DNA of 60,142 nt from Nitrospirota bacterium. GTDB taxonomy: Bacteria; Nitrospirota; UBA9217. The position numbers and the translations under genes are program-made. The DNA lies in NCBI GenBank assembly GCA_963741205.1, contig CAVUHW010000021.1, positions 1-60,142 on the forward strand, written 5' to 3'. Positions within the stretch are counted from its first letter, which is position 1; the number at the start of each line of letters is the position of its first letter. Positions 1-10,431 of the stretch are shown in pieces. A model generated the notes under the pieces. That model did not search any database, was not told the DNA's origin, and saw only the letters and a program-made list of their open reading frames with translations.

Positions 1-115
1 GTAGCCGCGAGGGGGACAGCGCGCATGAGGTGGTCCAGGGATCGGTGCTGATCTGTCTGCTCGCCCGGCGCCACACCTGTTTCCCCGTCACACGCCCGCA
101 ACTACCCTCGGGCGT

Positions 116-547
116 GTGAGCGCCTCAGAGCCGGTGCCGTTTGAGGTGTACGAGGCAGGCGTCTACCTGCACGGCACGAAGGCGGATCTAGCCGTCGGCG
201 AGATGCTGGTCCCCGGACGCGAGTCGAACTTCGCGGCGGGCCGGGTGATGAACTACGTGTACTTCACCGCGACCCTGGACGCCGCGACCTGGGGTGCCGA
301 GCTCGCTGTGGGACAGGGCCGTGGGCGCGTCTACATCGTCGAGCCAATGGGCCAGTTCGAGGATGACCCCAACGTGACCAACAAGCGGTTCCCCGGCAAC
401 CCGACGCAATCCTTCCGCAGTCGCCAGCCGTTGCGCGTGGTGGGCGAGCTCGTCGACTGGGTCGGTCACTCATCGGAGAAGCTGCTGGCCATGCGAGACG
501 GACTCGATGCGTTGCAGAGGCAGGGCAGGGCGCAGATCGAGGACTAA
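116..547 (+). CDS. arr: NAD(+)--rifampin ADP-ribosyltransferase
   Basis: Arr motifs HGTKADL, SNF...NYVYFTA, WGAELA, YIVEP.G.FEDDPNVTNKRFPGNPT.S.RS..PLRVVGE; intact 143 aa. Confidence 0.93.
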   Translation: MSASEPVPFEVYEAGVYLHGTKADLAVGEMLVPGRESNFAAGRVMNYVYFTATLDAATWGAELAVGQGRGRVYIVEPMGQFEDDPNVTNKRFPGNPTQSFRSRQPLRVVGELVDWVGHSSEKLLAMRDGLDALQRQGRAQIED

Positions 548-1828
548 CGGTGAGCAGTCACACCGCGCGCCGAGCGCACGCCACCGCCTTGCGGGCGCCT
601 GGCCGTGTATGACCAGGCTGATGACCCGCTCGGCGGAGGTGTGTCATATCGCCGCGTATCGACCTTGCTGAGCACAGTGGACGTCGCGTTCGTAAAGCGA
701 CGCCGGTCCGGGGGCGGACCATGGGTGTCCGGGTGCAGCACTCGGTGGCCAGGTCGTAGGCCGAGCAGACTACTGGGAATCCCCCAACGCCGACCTCGCG
801 TTGATTCGAGCCCACGCCGTCTGGCCTGCCCTCTGATGAGGAGCAGGCTATCCGCGAACCCGCAGCTGGTGTGCGCACGACCGTGCTGTGGGCGACCCGC
901 GCCGCTTCGGGGGTCTCGAAGGTCAGTCACCGGGGGCGTCAATCATTTAGGTCTCGCGGCTGAGGCCCTGTCCAGCGCCGCGCCGAACGTCAGTGGCTAC
1001 GCAGTCGACCACCACCCGTCCCGACCCTGGGCAGAGCGGGACAGGTGACGACGGAAGGGACGGGACGCGCAAGGTACCAAAGCTCGACACCCCGTGATGC
1101 CTCACGTCAAGATGCCCGCGAAACTCAACCCGTGCCTCAGTTGGGGGTCTTGTAATTGGCCAACACGATCAGGCGGGTCTGCAGGTCGGCGATCTGCCGG
1201 GCGAGCTGGGCGGGGTTGAGGCTGTCGCGGCGGGCGGTCAGCTCGGCTGTCTGTGTGGGTGAGAGGACCCGGGCGGTGAGCAGCCGCTGCAAGGGCGTGC
1301 TCGGCTTGTCGTTGACGCGGCGGCGTCGGCCGTCGCTGGTTGAGGTCTAGCCGACCGGTTTGACCGTTGGGGTCAGGTAGTTGAGCCGGTCGTTGACCAG
1401 GGGCCAGCGCCGGTTCAGCACGCGTCGTTCGTCCTCGGTGTCGTAGCGGTAGTAGAAGCCGTACCGGTGCACCAGGTGGTTGTTCTTCGACTCGACGGTG
1501 GCCTGGTCGTTCTTCTTGTACGGCCTGGACCTGGTGAAGGAAATCCCACGGTCGCCGGCCCACCCGATGACCGCCTGGTTGAGGAACTCGGACCCGTTGT
1601 CGAAGTCGAGTCCCATTATCCCGTAAGGGATTTCGTCGGCCGCGGTGTGCAACGCGGACAGGATGTGGGTGTGCGCGTTGTTGCGGATCGTCCGGGTGAA
1701 CACCCACCCGGTGTGCACGTCGGTCAGGTTCAGGGTGCGGGCGAACTCACCCTTGAGGGTGGGGCCGCAGTGCGCGACAGTGTCGCCTTCGAAGAACCCC
1801 GGCTCGGCCTCGACCTCATCACCGGCCT

Positions 1829-2938
1829 TAGGGCTCTCCACTTAACCGGAGTAGACTTGGACCGTGGTTGCGCTCCGAGGCGGGCAAGACTATCCACGGT
1901 CGGTGGGCGAGTTCCTGTCGTGGTTCGGCACGGACGCGGACTGCCGGGACTACTTGGCGTGGTTGCGCTGGCCGGACGGTTTCGTCTGCGATGAGTGCGG
2001 GCACGTCGACGGTTGGCGGCTGGCGGACGGCCGGTGGGAATGCGCCGGGTGCTCGCGCCGCACGTCGGTGACCGCGGGCACGATCTTCGACCGAACGCGC
2101 ACGCCGTTGACGGTGTGGTTCCACGCGTGCTGGTCGTTCGCTACCGCCAAGGACGGTATCTCCGCGCTGGGCCTGCAGCGCACACTTCAGATCGGGTCCT
2201 ACCAGACCGCGTGGGCGATGTTGCACCGGCTGCGTTCGGTGCTGCTCCGGCCCGGTCGAGAACTGCTGTCCGGGCAGGTGGAGGTTGACGAGACCTACAT
2301 CGGCGGTGAGGAGGCCGGGCTGGCCGGTGGTCGGGCCAAGGGCAAGAAGGCGCTCGTCGCCGTTGCTGTGGAAGTCAAGCCTCCCACGGGTTTCGGGCGG
2401 TGCCGGATGCGCGTCATCCCGGATGGCTCCGCCAGCGTGCTGCACACGTTCATCACCGACAACGTCGCCCCAGGGTCCACGGTGATCACCGACGGATGGT
2501 CCGGTTACCTGGGCATCGACAAGGTCGGCTACACCCATGATCGGCGCAGCCAGCGCGCCGCCAAGGCGCTGGGCGAGGACATCGGCAAGCTGCTGCCCGG
2601 CGTGCACCGCGTAGCGTCGCTGGCCAAACGGTGGCTGCTTTCCACCCACCAAGGCGCGGTGGACATCGAGCACCTGCCCGGCTACCTGAACGAGTTCTGC
2701 TTCCGGTTCAACCGTCGCCGTTCACGCAGCCGCGGCCTGGTCTTCCTGCGACTACTCCAACTCGCCGTCGGTCACGACCCGGTCCGCTACCGGCAGCTGA
2801 TCAAACGACACCAGCCACGCAAGGCGCCGCCACGGCCGCCCGGAGCGACCGGGCACCCGCCCAGCATCGACCGGCCCCGCGCTACCCGCCCCTGGCGACG
2901 GCATGACCAGCACGACTCCGGTTAAGTGGAGAGCCCTA
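1829..2938 (+). mobile_element. IS1595-family insertion sequence, complete
   Basis: Perfect 24-bp TIR TAGGGCTCTCCACTTAACCGGAGT (1829-1852 / 2915-2938); 8-bp TSD ACCGGCCT (1821-1828, 2939-2946). Confidence 0.95.
1864..2925 (+). CDS. IS1595-family transposase
   Basis: Zn ribbon (LRWPDGFVC..CG, C..C...SVTAGTIF), catalytic VEVDETY, TDGW..Y, YLNEFCFRFNRR. Confidence 0.93.
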   Translation: MVALRGGQDYPRSVGEFLSWFGTDADCRDYLAWLRWPDGFVCDECGHVDGWRLADGRWECAGCSRRTSVTAGTIFDRTRTPLTVWFHACWSFATAKDGISALGLQRTLQIGSYQTAWAMLHRLRSVLLRPGRELLSGQVEVDETYIGGEEAGLAGGRAKGKKALVAVAVEVKPPTGFGRCRMRVIPDGSASVLHTFITDNVAPGSTVITDGWSGYLGIDKVGYTHDRRSQRAAKALGEDIGKLLPGVHRVASLAKRWLLSTHQGAVDIEHLPGYLNEFCFRFNRRRSRSRGLVFLRLLQLAVGHDPVRYRQLIKRHQPRKAPPRPPGATGHPPSIDRPRATRPWRRHDQHDSG

Positions 2939-3744
2939 ACCGGCCTTACGGATCGTGATGCTCGAGCGAAGCAGCGGCGACGGTTTCGTCGTGGACACCC
3001 CGCCGATCTGGTCCTTCGCCCTCGCGCGCGCCAGGTACCGGTCGATCGTCGCCGCCGACATGGCCAGCAGCTCGGCCCGCACCTGCTGGATGTACCGGTC
3101 CTGGCCGGGCACCAGCTCGCCGTGCCGCTCCAGCCCGTCCAGCTGGGTGCGCATCGACGCGACCAGGTACTTGCCGCCACTGGCCACCCGAGGCGGCCCA
3201 CACCCGCTGCAACACCTTCCGCGCGTCGTACGATTACCTTGGCGACCGAGGCCTACTGACCCGTGACGCCACCGTCCGACCGCGGCCCGGGGGCTGCGCG
3301 GCAGGTGCGACCAGCCTTCGCCGGGCGTTGTCCCGCGACCAGCCCGTCACCGAGACCACCTCATCCAGCACCCGACCCTCGTCCTTCTTGGCCGCCTTCA
3401 CGTACCCCCGCGTACCTGGTCGTGATCTCCCCACGAGACGTCATCGACAACCCACTCCTCATGCCTCACGACGCTCCCCGTTACGCGGGCATTTGTGAGG
3501 CACGGGGCGTGTTTCGCGGGCAGTCCTCGTGAGTCAAGCCGCACCCTTCACGGGCGGGTGTCGCCGCGGCTACGGTGAGTGTCACGTCAGCGTTCCCAGC
3601 TGCTGTCGTCCGACCCCCGGAGGTTGCCACCTCGCGGGGGTCTTACCTCTTCGCGACCGGCTGCGCTTATGCCCTACATATGCCCACGGGTGTGAGCAAA
3701 GGAGGGCCGTGATCGCGTTTCCGCAGGTCAGAGCCCAGGATTAG

Positions 3745-3821
<77 letters not shown>

Positions 3822-3949
3822 TCGCTGCGGACGCCCGACGCGGACAGCCGGGCGCGGCAGCAAGGAGTCACACTAGCCGACCGGCAGGAACCGGCTCCAA
3901 TCGACCATCGGCCCGACCCGAAAACCCGCACGCCAGCCGTGGGCCCTGG

Positions 3950-4480
3950 TCAGCTGGCCCGCGCTGTCAGGGTCAGCAGCGTCGCCTCAGGCCGGCAGGC
4001 GAAGCGGACTGGGGCCATCGGCGAGGTGCCCAGCCCCGCTGAGACTTCCAGGTATGCCGCGCCCGCCGGCTCCGGCGCGCGGCGCGGCGCTGTGCCTGCT
4101 CCGGGCCACCAGCGCGAGACACCCTTAGCCCGGCTGCGGTCGAGGTCGCAGTTAGTCACCAGGGCTCCGAGCAAGGGCACGCACAGCTGCCCGCCATGCG
4201 TGTGGCCGGCGATGAGCAGACCGGCGCCGTCGGACGTCATCGCGTCGAGCGTGCGCTGGTAGGGCGCATGGGTGACGCCGATGGTCAGAGCGGCCGACCG
4301 GTCCGCCAGTCCGGCTACCAGCTGATACCGGTCGTAGCTCAGATGCGGGTCGTCCACGCCGACGAACTCCAGCGGTAAACCAGCCACGTCCAGGCGCGCT
4401 CGCACATTGTTGAGATCCGTCCAGCCGCCTGACTCTAGCGCGGTGACCAGCCGTTCCGTCGGCAGGGGCGCTCCCTCAGC
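3950..4480 (-). CDS. Metallophosphoesterase, 3' part only (cut at the junction)
   Basis: GVDDPH, GVTHAPY, AGHTHGGQLCVP, VTNCDL, SAGLGTSP..PVRFACRPEATLLTL; typical actinobacterial gene beside tRNA-Pro. Confidence 0.85.
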   Translation of the reverse strand, partial: AEGAPLPTERLVTALESGGWTDLNNVRARLDVAGLPLEFVGVDDPHLSYDRYQLVAGLADRSAALTIGVTHAPYQRTLDAMTSDGAGLLIAGHTHGGQLCVPLLGALVTNCDLDRSRAKGVSRWWPGAGTAPRRAPEPAGAAYLEVSAGLGTSPMAPVRFACRPEATLLTLTARAS

Positions 4481-4620
4481 GAAGTCCAACCCCCAGCAGT
4501 TCATCGACCAGCATACCGACTGGCGCTTCATCAATGAACTGAAAAAGGAATTCGGAATACACGTGGTAGGGATCTGCGATACCATCCTTGATCCGATCGC
4601 ATGCGGGGTGTCGGACATGA
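4481..4620 (+). CDS. C-terminal fragment of a NitT/TauT-type substrate-binding protein (5' part missing; end approximate)
   Basis: KSNPQQFIDQHTDWRFINELKKE resembles the TDWRFLNELK C-terminus of this family. Confidence 0.55.
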
Positions 4621-6194
4621 AGGATTGGCTTCCCCGGCTTGTGGCGAGAGCGCCGTTTACGGTCCATACCAAACTGATCGGCGCCTTCTTTGCCATCGCG
4701 GCGCTGCTGATCATATTCGGCGTCGTTGTCATTCAGGTCCTCGAGCGGCATGAACCGCCGTTCCGAGGACCTCAGCCAGCTCCGGCGCAAAGTCGCCGCG
4801 TTCCGTCAGCTGCAGCACGATACCACCGCCCAGCTCTACAGCGTTACGTCAGCGCTGCTGTCGCCGGAGGAGCGGATGCTTGAAAGCGCCCTCCGTCAGC
4901 TGAACCAGTTCAGGTACGACCTTGACCGGCTTCAGTTCGTAACGCGGGACGAGGTGGAGCTTTTCAAAAAAATCAGCGAAGAGCATGAGCAATTGATCCA
5001 GTTGATAACGAGCTGTTCTGGAACTTACCCGGGAACAGGCATTCACCAGGGCAAAGGAGCTCCGGCTTACCAGGATGGCCCCGTTGGCCGACAGCCTCGA
5101 GCGGCTTACCAATGAGATGGTGAACAGGGCCGAGGCTGATATGGAGGCAAAGATGGACGAGAGCAACCGGGCATACCTGACATCCCGCTGGGTGGTCATC
5201 GGATTTGCCGCCGGGAGCATCGGACTGGCGATCCTGCTCGGCTACGCGGTCTCTTCATCGCTGATGGGGCCGGTCATGCTCATGGACATCGCAGCTCAGG
5301 CAGATCGCATCAGGGGATTTCTCGAAGCGCGTTGAGGTGCCGAACCGGGACGAGCTCGGGACCCTGGCGAACAACCTGAACCGCATGAACAATGAGCTCA
5401 GGAGCCTCTATCAGCAGATCGAGGCCGCGAGCCGCCACAAGTCCGATTTTCTGGCCAGCATGAGCCATGAGCTGCGCACGCCCCTGAACGCCATCATCGG
5501 GTACAGCGAGATGCTGACCGAGGAGGCTGAGGACCGTGAATCAGAAGGACCTTGTCCCTGACCTCCAGAAGATCCGGGCATCGGGCAAGCATCTGCTGGC
5601 GCTCATCAACGACATCCTCGACCTTTCCAAGATCGAGGCGGGAAAGATCGAGCTCTCCCCCGAGACCTTTGACATCGCCGCCCTGATCGAGGAAGTGGCG
5701 AGCATGGTCCAGCCGCTGATCGAAAAGAATGCGAATGTCCTCACGATCAACCGCCCTGACGATCTGGGCTCCATGTACGCTGACATCACGAAGGTCCGGC
5801 AGATCCTGTTCAATCTGCTGAGCAATGCCTGCAAGTTCACGGAGCTTGGGACGATCACGCTGGACGTCGATCCGGGAGAAGTCTGAGGGCTCCGAACGGC
5901 TTTCCCTCAGCGTACGCGACACGGGCATCGGCATGACCGGGGAGCAGATGGCAAAGTTGTTCCAGCCGTTCTCGCAGGCGGATGTGCAGACTGCTCGAGA
6001 AATACGGGGGCACCGGGCTGGGTCTGGCGATCACGAGGCAGTTCTGCGAGATGATGGGCGGGGAGATCAAGGTCGCGAGCGAGTACGGCAGAGGCACAAT
6101 ATTTACCGTGAAGCTTCCTCTCTCAGCATCGAACTGGCAACAGCAGATGCGATGTCGTCGGCCGAGAACAGGCGATCCGTCAAAATCCGCGTAA
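4617..6194 (+). CDS. Membrane sensor histidine kinase (HAMP-HisKA-HATPase), several frameshifts
   Basis: Two TM helices, HAMP ([10 protein letters not shown]), H-box [27 protein letters not shown]-box [22 protein letters not shown]. Confidence 0.88.
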
Positions 6195-6206
6195 CAAAGG
6201 AGAGCC

Positions 6207-6585
6207 ATGCCCAGGATACTGTTGGTGGAAGACAATGAGATGAACCGGGACATGCTGTCCCGCCGGCTCCAGCGTAAGGGGTATGAGGTCATGATCGCCG
6301 TGGACGGCGAAGCGGGAGTGAACATGGCCGCGTCGGAACGGCCGGACCTTATCCTGATGGACATGAGCCTTCCCGTGCTTGACGGGTGGGAAGCGACCCG
6401 GCGGCTCAAGGGACATGCCGGAGACGGCGTCGATACCGATCATAGCCCTGACTGCGCATGTCATGGCAGGCGACCGGGACAAGGCGCTCGAGGCCGGCTG
6501 CGACGATTATGATTCCAAGCCCATCGATTTTGAGCGGCTGCTCGGGAAGATGCAGGCGCTCCTGAAGAAACAGGAGAAACCATGA
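6207..6585 (+). CDS. Single-domain response regulator (DivK/CheY-like), one frameshift
   Basis: [39 protein letters not shown]. Confidence 0.9.
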
Positions 6586-8605
6586 CGATTCCGAAGCGAG
6601 GTCCCCTTAAAAAAAGGCCGGGGAAAAGCGCCCCGACTGAACAATGCGGGACAGATCAGGCGCATGAGGTAGAACGGTCTGACAGGGCTGTTTCTCGCCA
6701 ACCTGCGCAATGGGCTGCGCATGCCCGTCAATGCGGTCATTGAATACAGCGAAATGCTGCTGGAGGACGCGAAGGAGCAGGGACGGGCAGATTTCATACC
6801 CGACCTGATGAAGATCCATGCCCTGGGCAAGAAGCTGCTTGCGCTCGTTGATGACAGCCTGGATGAAACGACCCTTGATGACGGCGAGGACGGAGAAGGA
6901 GAGGGAGGATTTTCAGCGTCAATCTTCGCCATGAACTGCGTACGCCCCTCAATGCGATCATCGGATACAGCGAAATGTTGCTTGAGGATGCCGCGGCGGA
7001 CGGGCCGGAAGGCTTCATCCCCGACCTTGAGAAGATCCGCTCGGCCTGCAAACTGTTCCTGTCTTTCATCGAGGACATCGCCGGTTTTTCAAGGATCAAA
7101 CACGGGGCAACGGATCCGGCATTTGATCATTCTGACGCCTCATCCATGGTCCGGAGCGTAATGAACGATATCCCTGCCCTTGAGGAGGACAGGCCTTCCC
7201 TTGATGCTGCCAATCGGGGAAGTCTGCTGGTGGTCGACGACAATGAGATAAGCCGTGACCTGATGCGCCGTCAGCTTGAGCGGCAGGGCCATACCGTCAC
7301 TGTCGCGGAAAACGGGCAGCAGGCCCTGGAGATCATGCAGGCCGGGACTTTCGATATGGTCCTTCTCGACCTCATGATGCCCGGGATGAGCGGTTACCAG
7401 GTGCTGCAGCGTCTGAAAAGCAGCGATGTCTACGGGGACGTTCCGGTCATCGTGATCTCAGCGCTCGATGACATGGACAGCGTCGTGCGATGCATCCGGA
7501 TGGGCGCTGAAGATTACCTGCTCAAACCATTCAATCCGGTGCTGCTGAAGGCCAGGATAAGGACCTGTCTCGAGAACAAGCGGCTCAGGGATCTGAGCGA
7601 AGCGCTCGAACTCAGGAACCTGAAGGAAGAAGTTCAGCTCGTCGCGGAAAGCCGGGCCATGCAGCAGGTCCTCGGCACGATGCGCGCCGTGAGCAGAAAC
7701 CCGGTGAATGTCCTTATCCAGGGAGAGAGCGGTACGGGCAAGGAAGTGATCGCCCGCATGATCCACCAGTACAGCGACCGGAAGGACAAGCCCTTTGTGG
7801 CGGTCAACTGCGCTTCCATCCCCGAGAACCTCATGGAGAGCGAATTCTTCGGATATGAGAAGGGCGCGTTCACCGGAGCGGTCGCGAGCAGGGGCGGACA
7901 TTTCGAGGAGGCCGACGGAGGCACCCTCTTCCTGGACGAGATCGGGGACATGCCGCTTGCCATCCAGCCCAAGTTCCTGCGCGTTATCCAGGAGGGTGAA
8001 GGGAGCAGGCTCGGCAGCAGCAAACCCGTCCGCTACGACCTGCGGATCATCAGTGCATCGAACAAGGACATGCGGCGTGAGGTCGAGGAAGGCAGATTCA
8101 GGGAAGACCTCTTTTACCGGATCTTTTCCGTTGAGATACCCCTTCCCCCCTTGCAGAGAGCGGACGGGAAGACATCGTGCCGCTTACGCTGTTCTTCATG
8201 AACAAGGTGGGCAGGCGTTTCAATAAAAAGATGAAGGGATTTTCTCCCGAGCTGCTTTCCTTGTTCGAAGAATATCCCTGGCCCGGAAATGTGCGGCAGC
8301 TCCTCCACGAAGTCGAGCATATGGTCGCATTGACCCCTGAAGGGGAGCGGATCTCCTTGAAGCATTGTTCCCAGGAACTGCAAAAATGGAGAACCGCCAA
8401 ATCTTTCCCCGGCGTACAAGGCCAGCCCACCCTCTGCCTTCCCGAAAGAGTTGAAGAGCTCGAGATCGCATGCATCAAAGACGCGCTGCGGAGAACCAAC
8501 GGAAATAAACTTCAGGCATCGAAACTGCTCGGGATCACGCGGCAGGGGCTTGATAAAAAGCTTCAGCGGTATAAGACCGGCGAAGCGTCAAAAAGCGGCA
8601 CATAA
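6582..8605 (+). CDS. Sigma54-dependent regulator: two HisKA-like helical domains, REC, AAA+, Fis HTH (frameshifted)
   Basis: [49 protein letters not shown]-terminal HTH; REC LLVVDDN..LLDLMMP. Confidence 0.88.
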
Positions 8606-8681
8606 AAGATTTCAGGTCATAGACATTCATCCTTCCAAGAGTAACGTCCTCAGTTCCTCCGTATTGAGATAACCCTTACGC

Positions 8682-8976
8682 CTGTCCCATCAAAAAGCAT
8701 GCAAACGACACATGCTGAGTGCCAACGCTGTTTGCGCAAGAGATAATCCAACAATTTAATAGCGTTATCCTCAATCCAGCCTATTTAGTGTAAACCATGT
8801 TTGCATCCTGCCAAGACGATCTTGAAGTCCGTTTATCTTGAATGCCCCCTACCTTATTGAAACAAGAGCATTTCTCTTAAAAACCCTGGCTGGCATCGTT
8901 ATTGAAATAGAGAGTGACATGGAGAGTGATATGGAACAACCAATTGATCCTGGGAGGTGCCGTATTAATAACAGGA
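8682..8976 (+). repeat. Regulatory module copy 1 (copy 2 at ~9982-10265)
   Basis: Long shared blocks, e.g. GTGCCAACGCTGTTTGC, AATTTAATAGCGTTATCCTCAATCC, AGACGATCTTGAAGTCCGTTT; core offset 1300 bp. Confidence 0.9.
8891..8905 (+). promoter_or_regulatory. Putative sigma54 -24/-12 promoter with upstream palindromic boxes at 8720-8736 and 8789-8805
   Basis: TGGCATCGTTATTGA (-12 deviates from TTGC); boxes TGCCAAC-N3-GTTTGCG and TGTAAAC-N3-GTTTGCA. Confidence 0.6.
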
Positions 8977-9385
8977 CCCGCACATGCGCAGCAGTAATTC
9001 ACTCTAGGTGTTCTGGCAGTTTTCTCTGGTTTTGATTTTTTCTATAGCTTGCAGAAGTATTACGGGAACGGAGGCGATTATCATGAAGATTATTACTCCT
9101 ATACATTGTACTGGTAATTGTAGTTATTGTGAAATTGGGGTTTTGTGTAGCCATGCTGGAAGTCCTATTAAGAAAACAGGAGGGAAATATAATGTCAAAT
9201 GTTATCGACCATGAATGCGGGAAATACCATTATGGCGATATGTCGGTTATTAGGCCATGTTGTGGAAAAGAGGTGATTAACATGAAAATATTTTGTCCAT
9301 CGTGACAACTTCGATGAATGATGCTGGTGAGTAAGAAGTGGTGGCGTTTAAAAAAATAATATAGAAAAGAAAGGGGTACACAAAC

Positions 9386-9772
9386 ATGAAAAAGATCGCG
9401 ATTTATATGATGACAATGGTGTTCACTCTTGCTTTCGGTTTGGCGTATGCAGGGGAACAGCTGAATAACGGCGTTACCGATTTTACCGGCAGATCGTATG
9501 AGACGCTGGAACTCAATCCGGCGATTGCGGTGAACAGTTTCGAAAGTTCAGGCGCCGCCGGTTTACGCGCAGGCGATTATGAGGTCGCTAACGCCGTTAC
9601 GGATTTCAGCGGCAGGTCATATGACACGTTCGAGATCGGGCCGTCAGCTGCGGGGAACAGTGTCGAAGGTGAAAGCGCCGGGGGTCTGCATATGGAACAA
9701 GCGGTCAATAAGGCTTCTCATGAAGGCGTCGGAACAACCCGCACCTATGACACTCTCCCAGTGGCCTGGTAG
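9386..9772 (+). CDS. Secreted hypothetical protein with internal duplication
   Basis: Signal peptide ending LAYA; repeats NGVTDFTGRSYETL / NAVTDFSGRSYDTF; RBS upstream, terminator downstream. Confidence 0.75.
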   Translation: MKKIAIYMMTMVFTLAFGLAYAGEQLNNGVTDFTGRSYETLELNPAIAVNSFESSGAAGLRAGDYEVANAVTDFSGRSYDTFEIGPSAAGNSVEGESAGGLHMEQAVNKASHEGVGTTRTYDTLPVAW

Positions 9773-9825
9773 TTTTGAAGCGAGACTTGGAGTAACTTCC
9801 TTGGTCATGTCGTCTGAAGCTTATC

Positions 9826-9856
9826 AAGCAGGCTGGAATCCAGCCTGCTTTTTTTC
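9826..9856 (+). terminator. Intrinsic terminator
   Basis: AAGCAGGCTGG-AAT-CCAGCCTGCTT followed by a T run. Confidence 0.85.
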
Positions 9857-9981
9857 AGAGACAGGTGCAGTGACACCCTAAAACCTGGATTGCTTCGCTT
9901 CGCTCTCAAAGACGGCTAAAAGATTTTTCAGCAACCTGCCAGAGGACTCCTCAGGATGCCCGGCTGAGATCGCCCTTCCCT

Positions 9982-10265
9982 CTGTCCCATTATGAAATCA
10001 TGCAAACGAACATGCTAAGTGCCAACGCTGTTTGCACATGAGATAATCCAATAATTTAATAGCGTTATCCTCAATCCTGCCTCTTAAGTGTAAACCATGT
10101 TTGCATCCCTCTAAGACGATCTTGAAGTCCGTTTGTCTTGAAAATTCCGTACTTGATTGAAAAAAAGATCATTTCTCTTTACAACCCAGCTGGCATCGTA
10201 CTTGTAATAGAGAGCAGCAGGGAACAACATGGTGATCCGGGGAGGTGGCGTATTAATAACAGGAT
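9982..10265 (+). repeat. Regulatory module copy 2, with sigma54-like promoter at 10191-10205
   Basis: Boxes at 10020-10036 and 10089-10105; TGGCATCGTACTTGT. Confidence 0.88.
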
Positions 10266-10431
10266 TTACAGCGCAGTCGGATTCATTATGTTCTGGATCG
10301 GCATGCTCCTGACTGTCGGCGGTCTGTGTATCCTGCTTATCAATCTGCTGCGCCATTAGAAGGGATGGAAAAATCCGGACATTGGTACACACATAGTGAC
10401 GGAGCGGGAAGCTCCAAAAGGAGGAATAACG

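Larger units (their letters stand above)
1102..3462 (-). pseudogene. Integrase-core (rve/DDE) transposase, disrupted
   Basis: Fragments LLAMSAATIDRYL, STTKPSPLLRSSITIRKAG|DEVEAEPGFFEGDTVAHCG, DFDNGSEF, FTRSRPYKKNDQATVESKN; split by IS1595, with an in-frame stop at 1347-1349 and 5' frameshifts. Confidence 0.85.
1098..3536 (-). mobile_element. IS1604-like (ISNCY, Rv2807-type) insertion sequence, interrupted by IS1595
   Basis: Imperfect terminal inverted repeats: TGCCTCACG..TGCCCGCGAAAC..CCCGTGCCTCA from 1098 versus the reverse complement ending at 3536; encloses a DDE transposase; no TSD recognised, so exact ends are uncertain. Confidence 0.75.

Noticed and set aside
544-1048. Overlapping ORFs downstream of arr
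   Set aside because: Arg/Pro-rich GC shadow frames without recognisable motifs.
3950-4883. ORFs 3950..4732(-) and 4407..4883(+) as full-length proteins
   Set aside because: Both cross the ~4480 junction and fuse real coding sequence to antisense or off-frame sequence.
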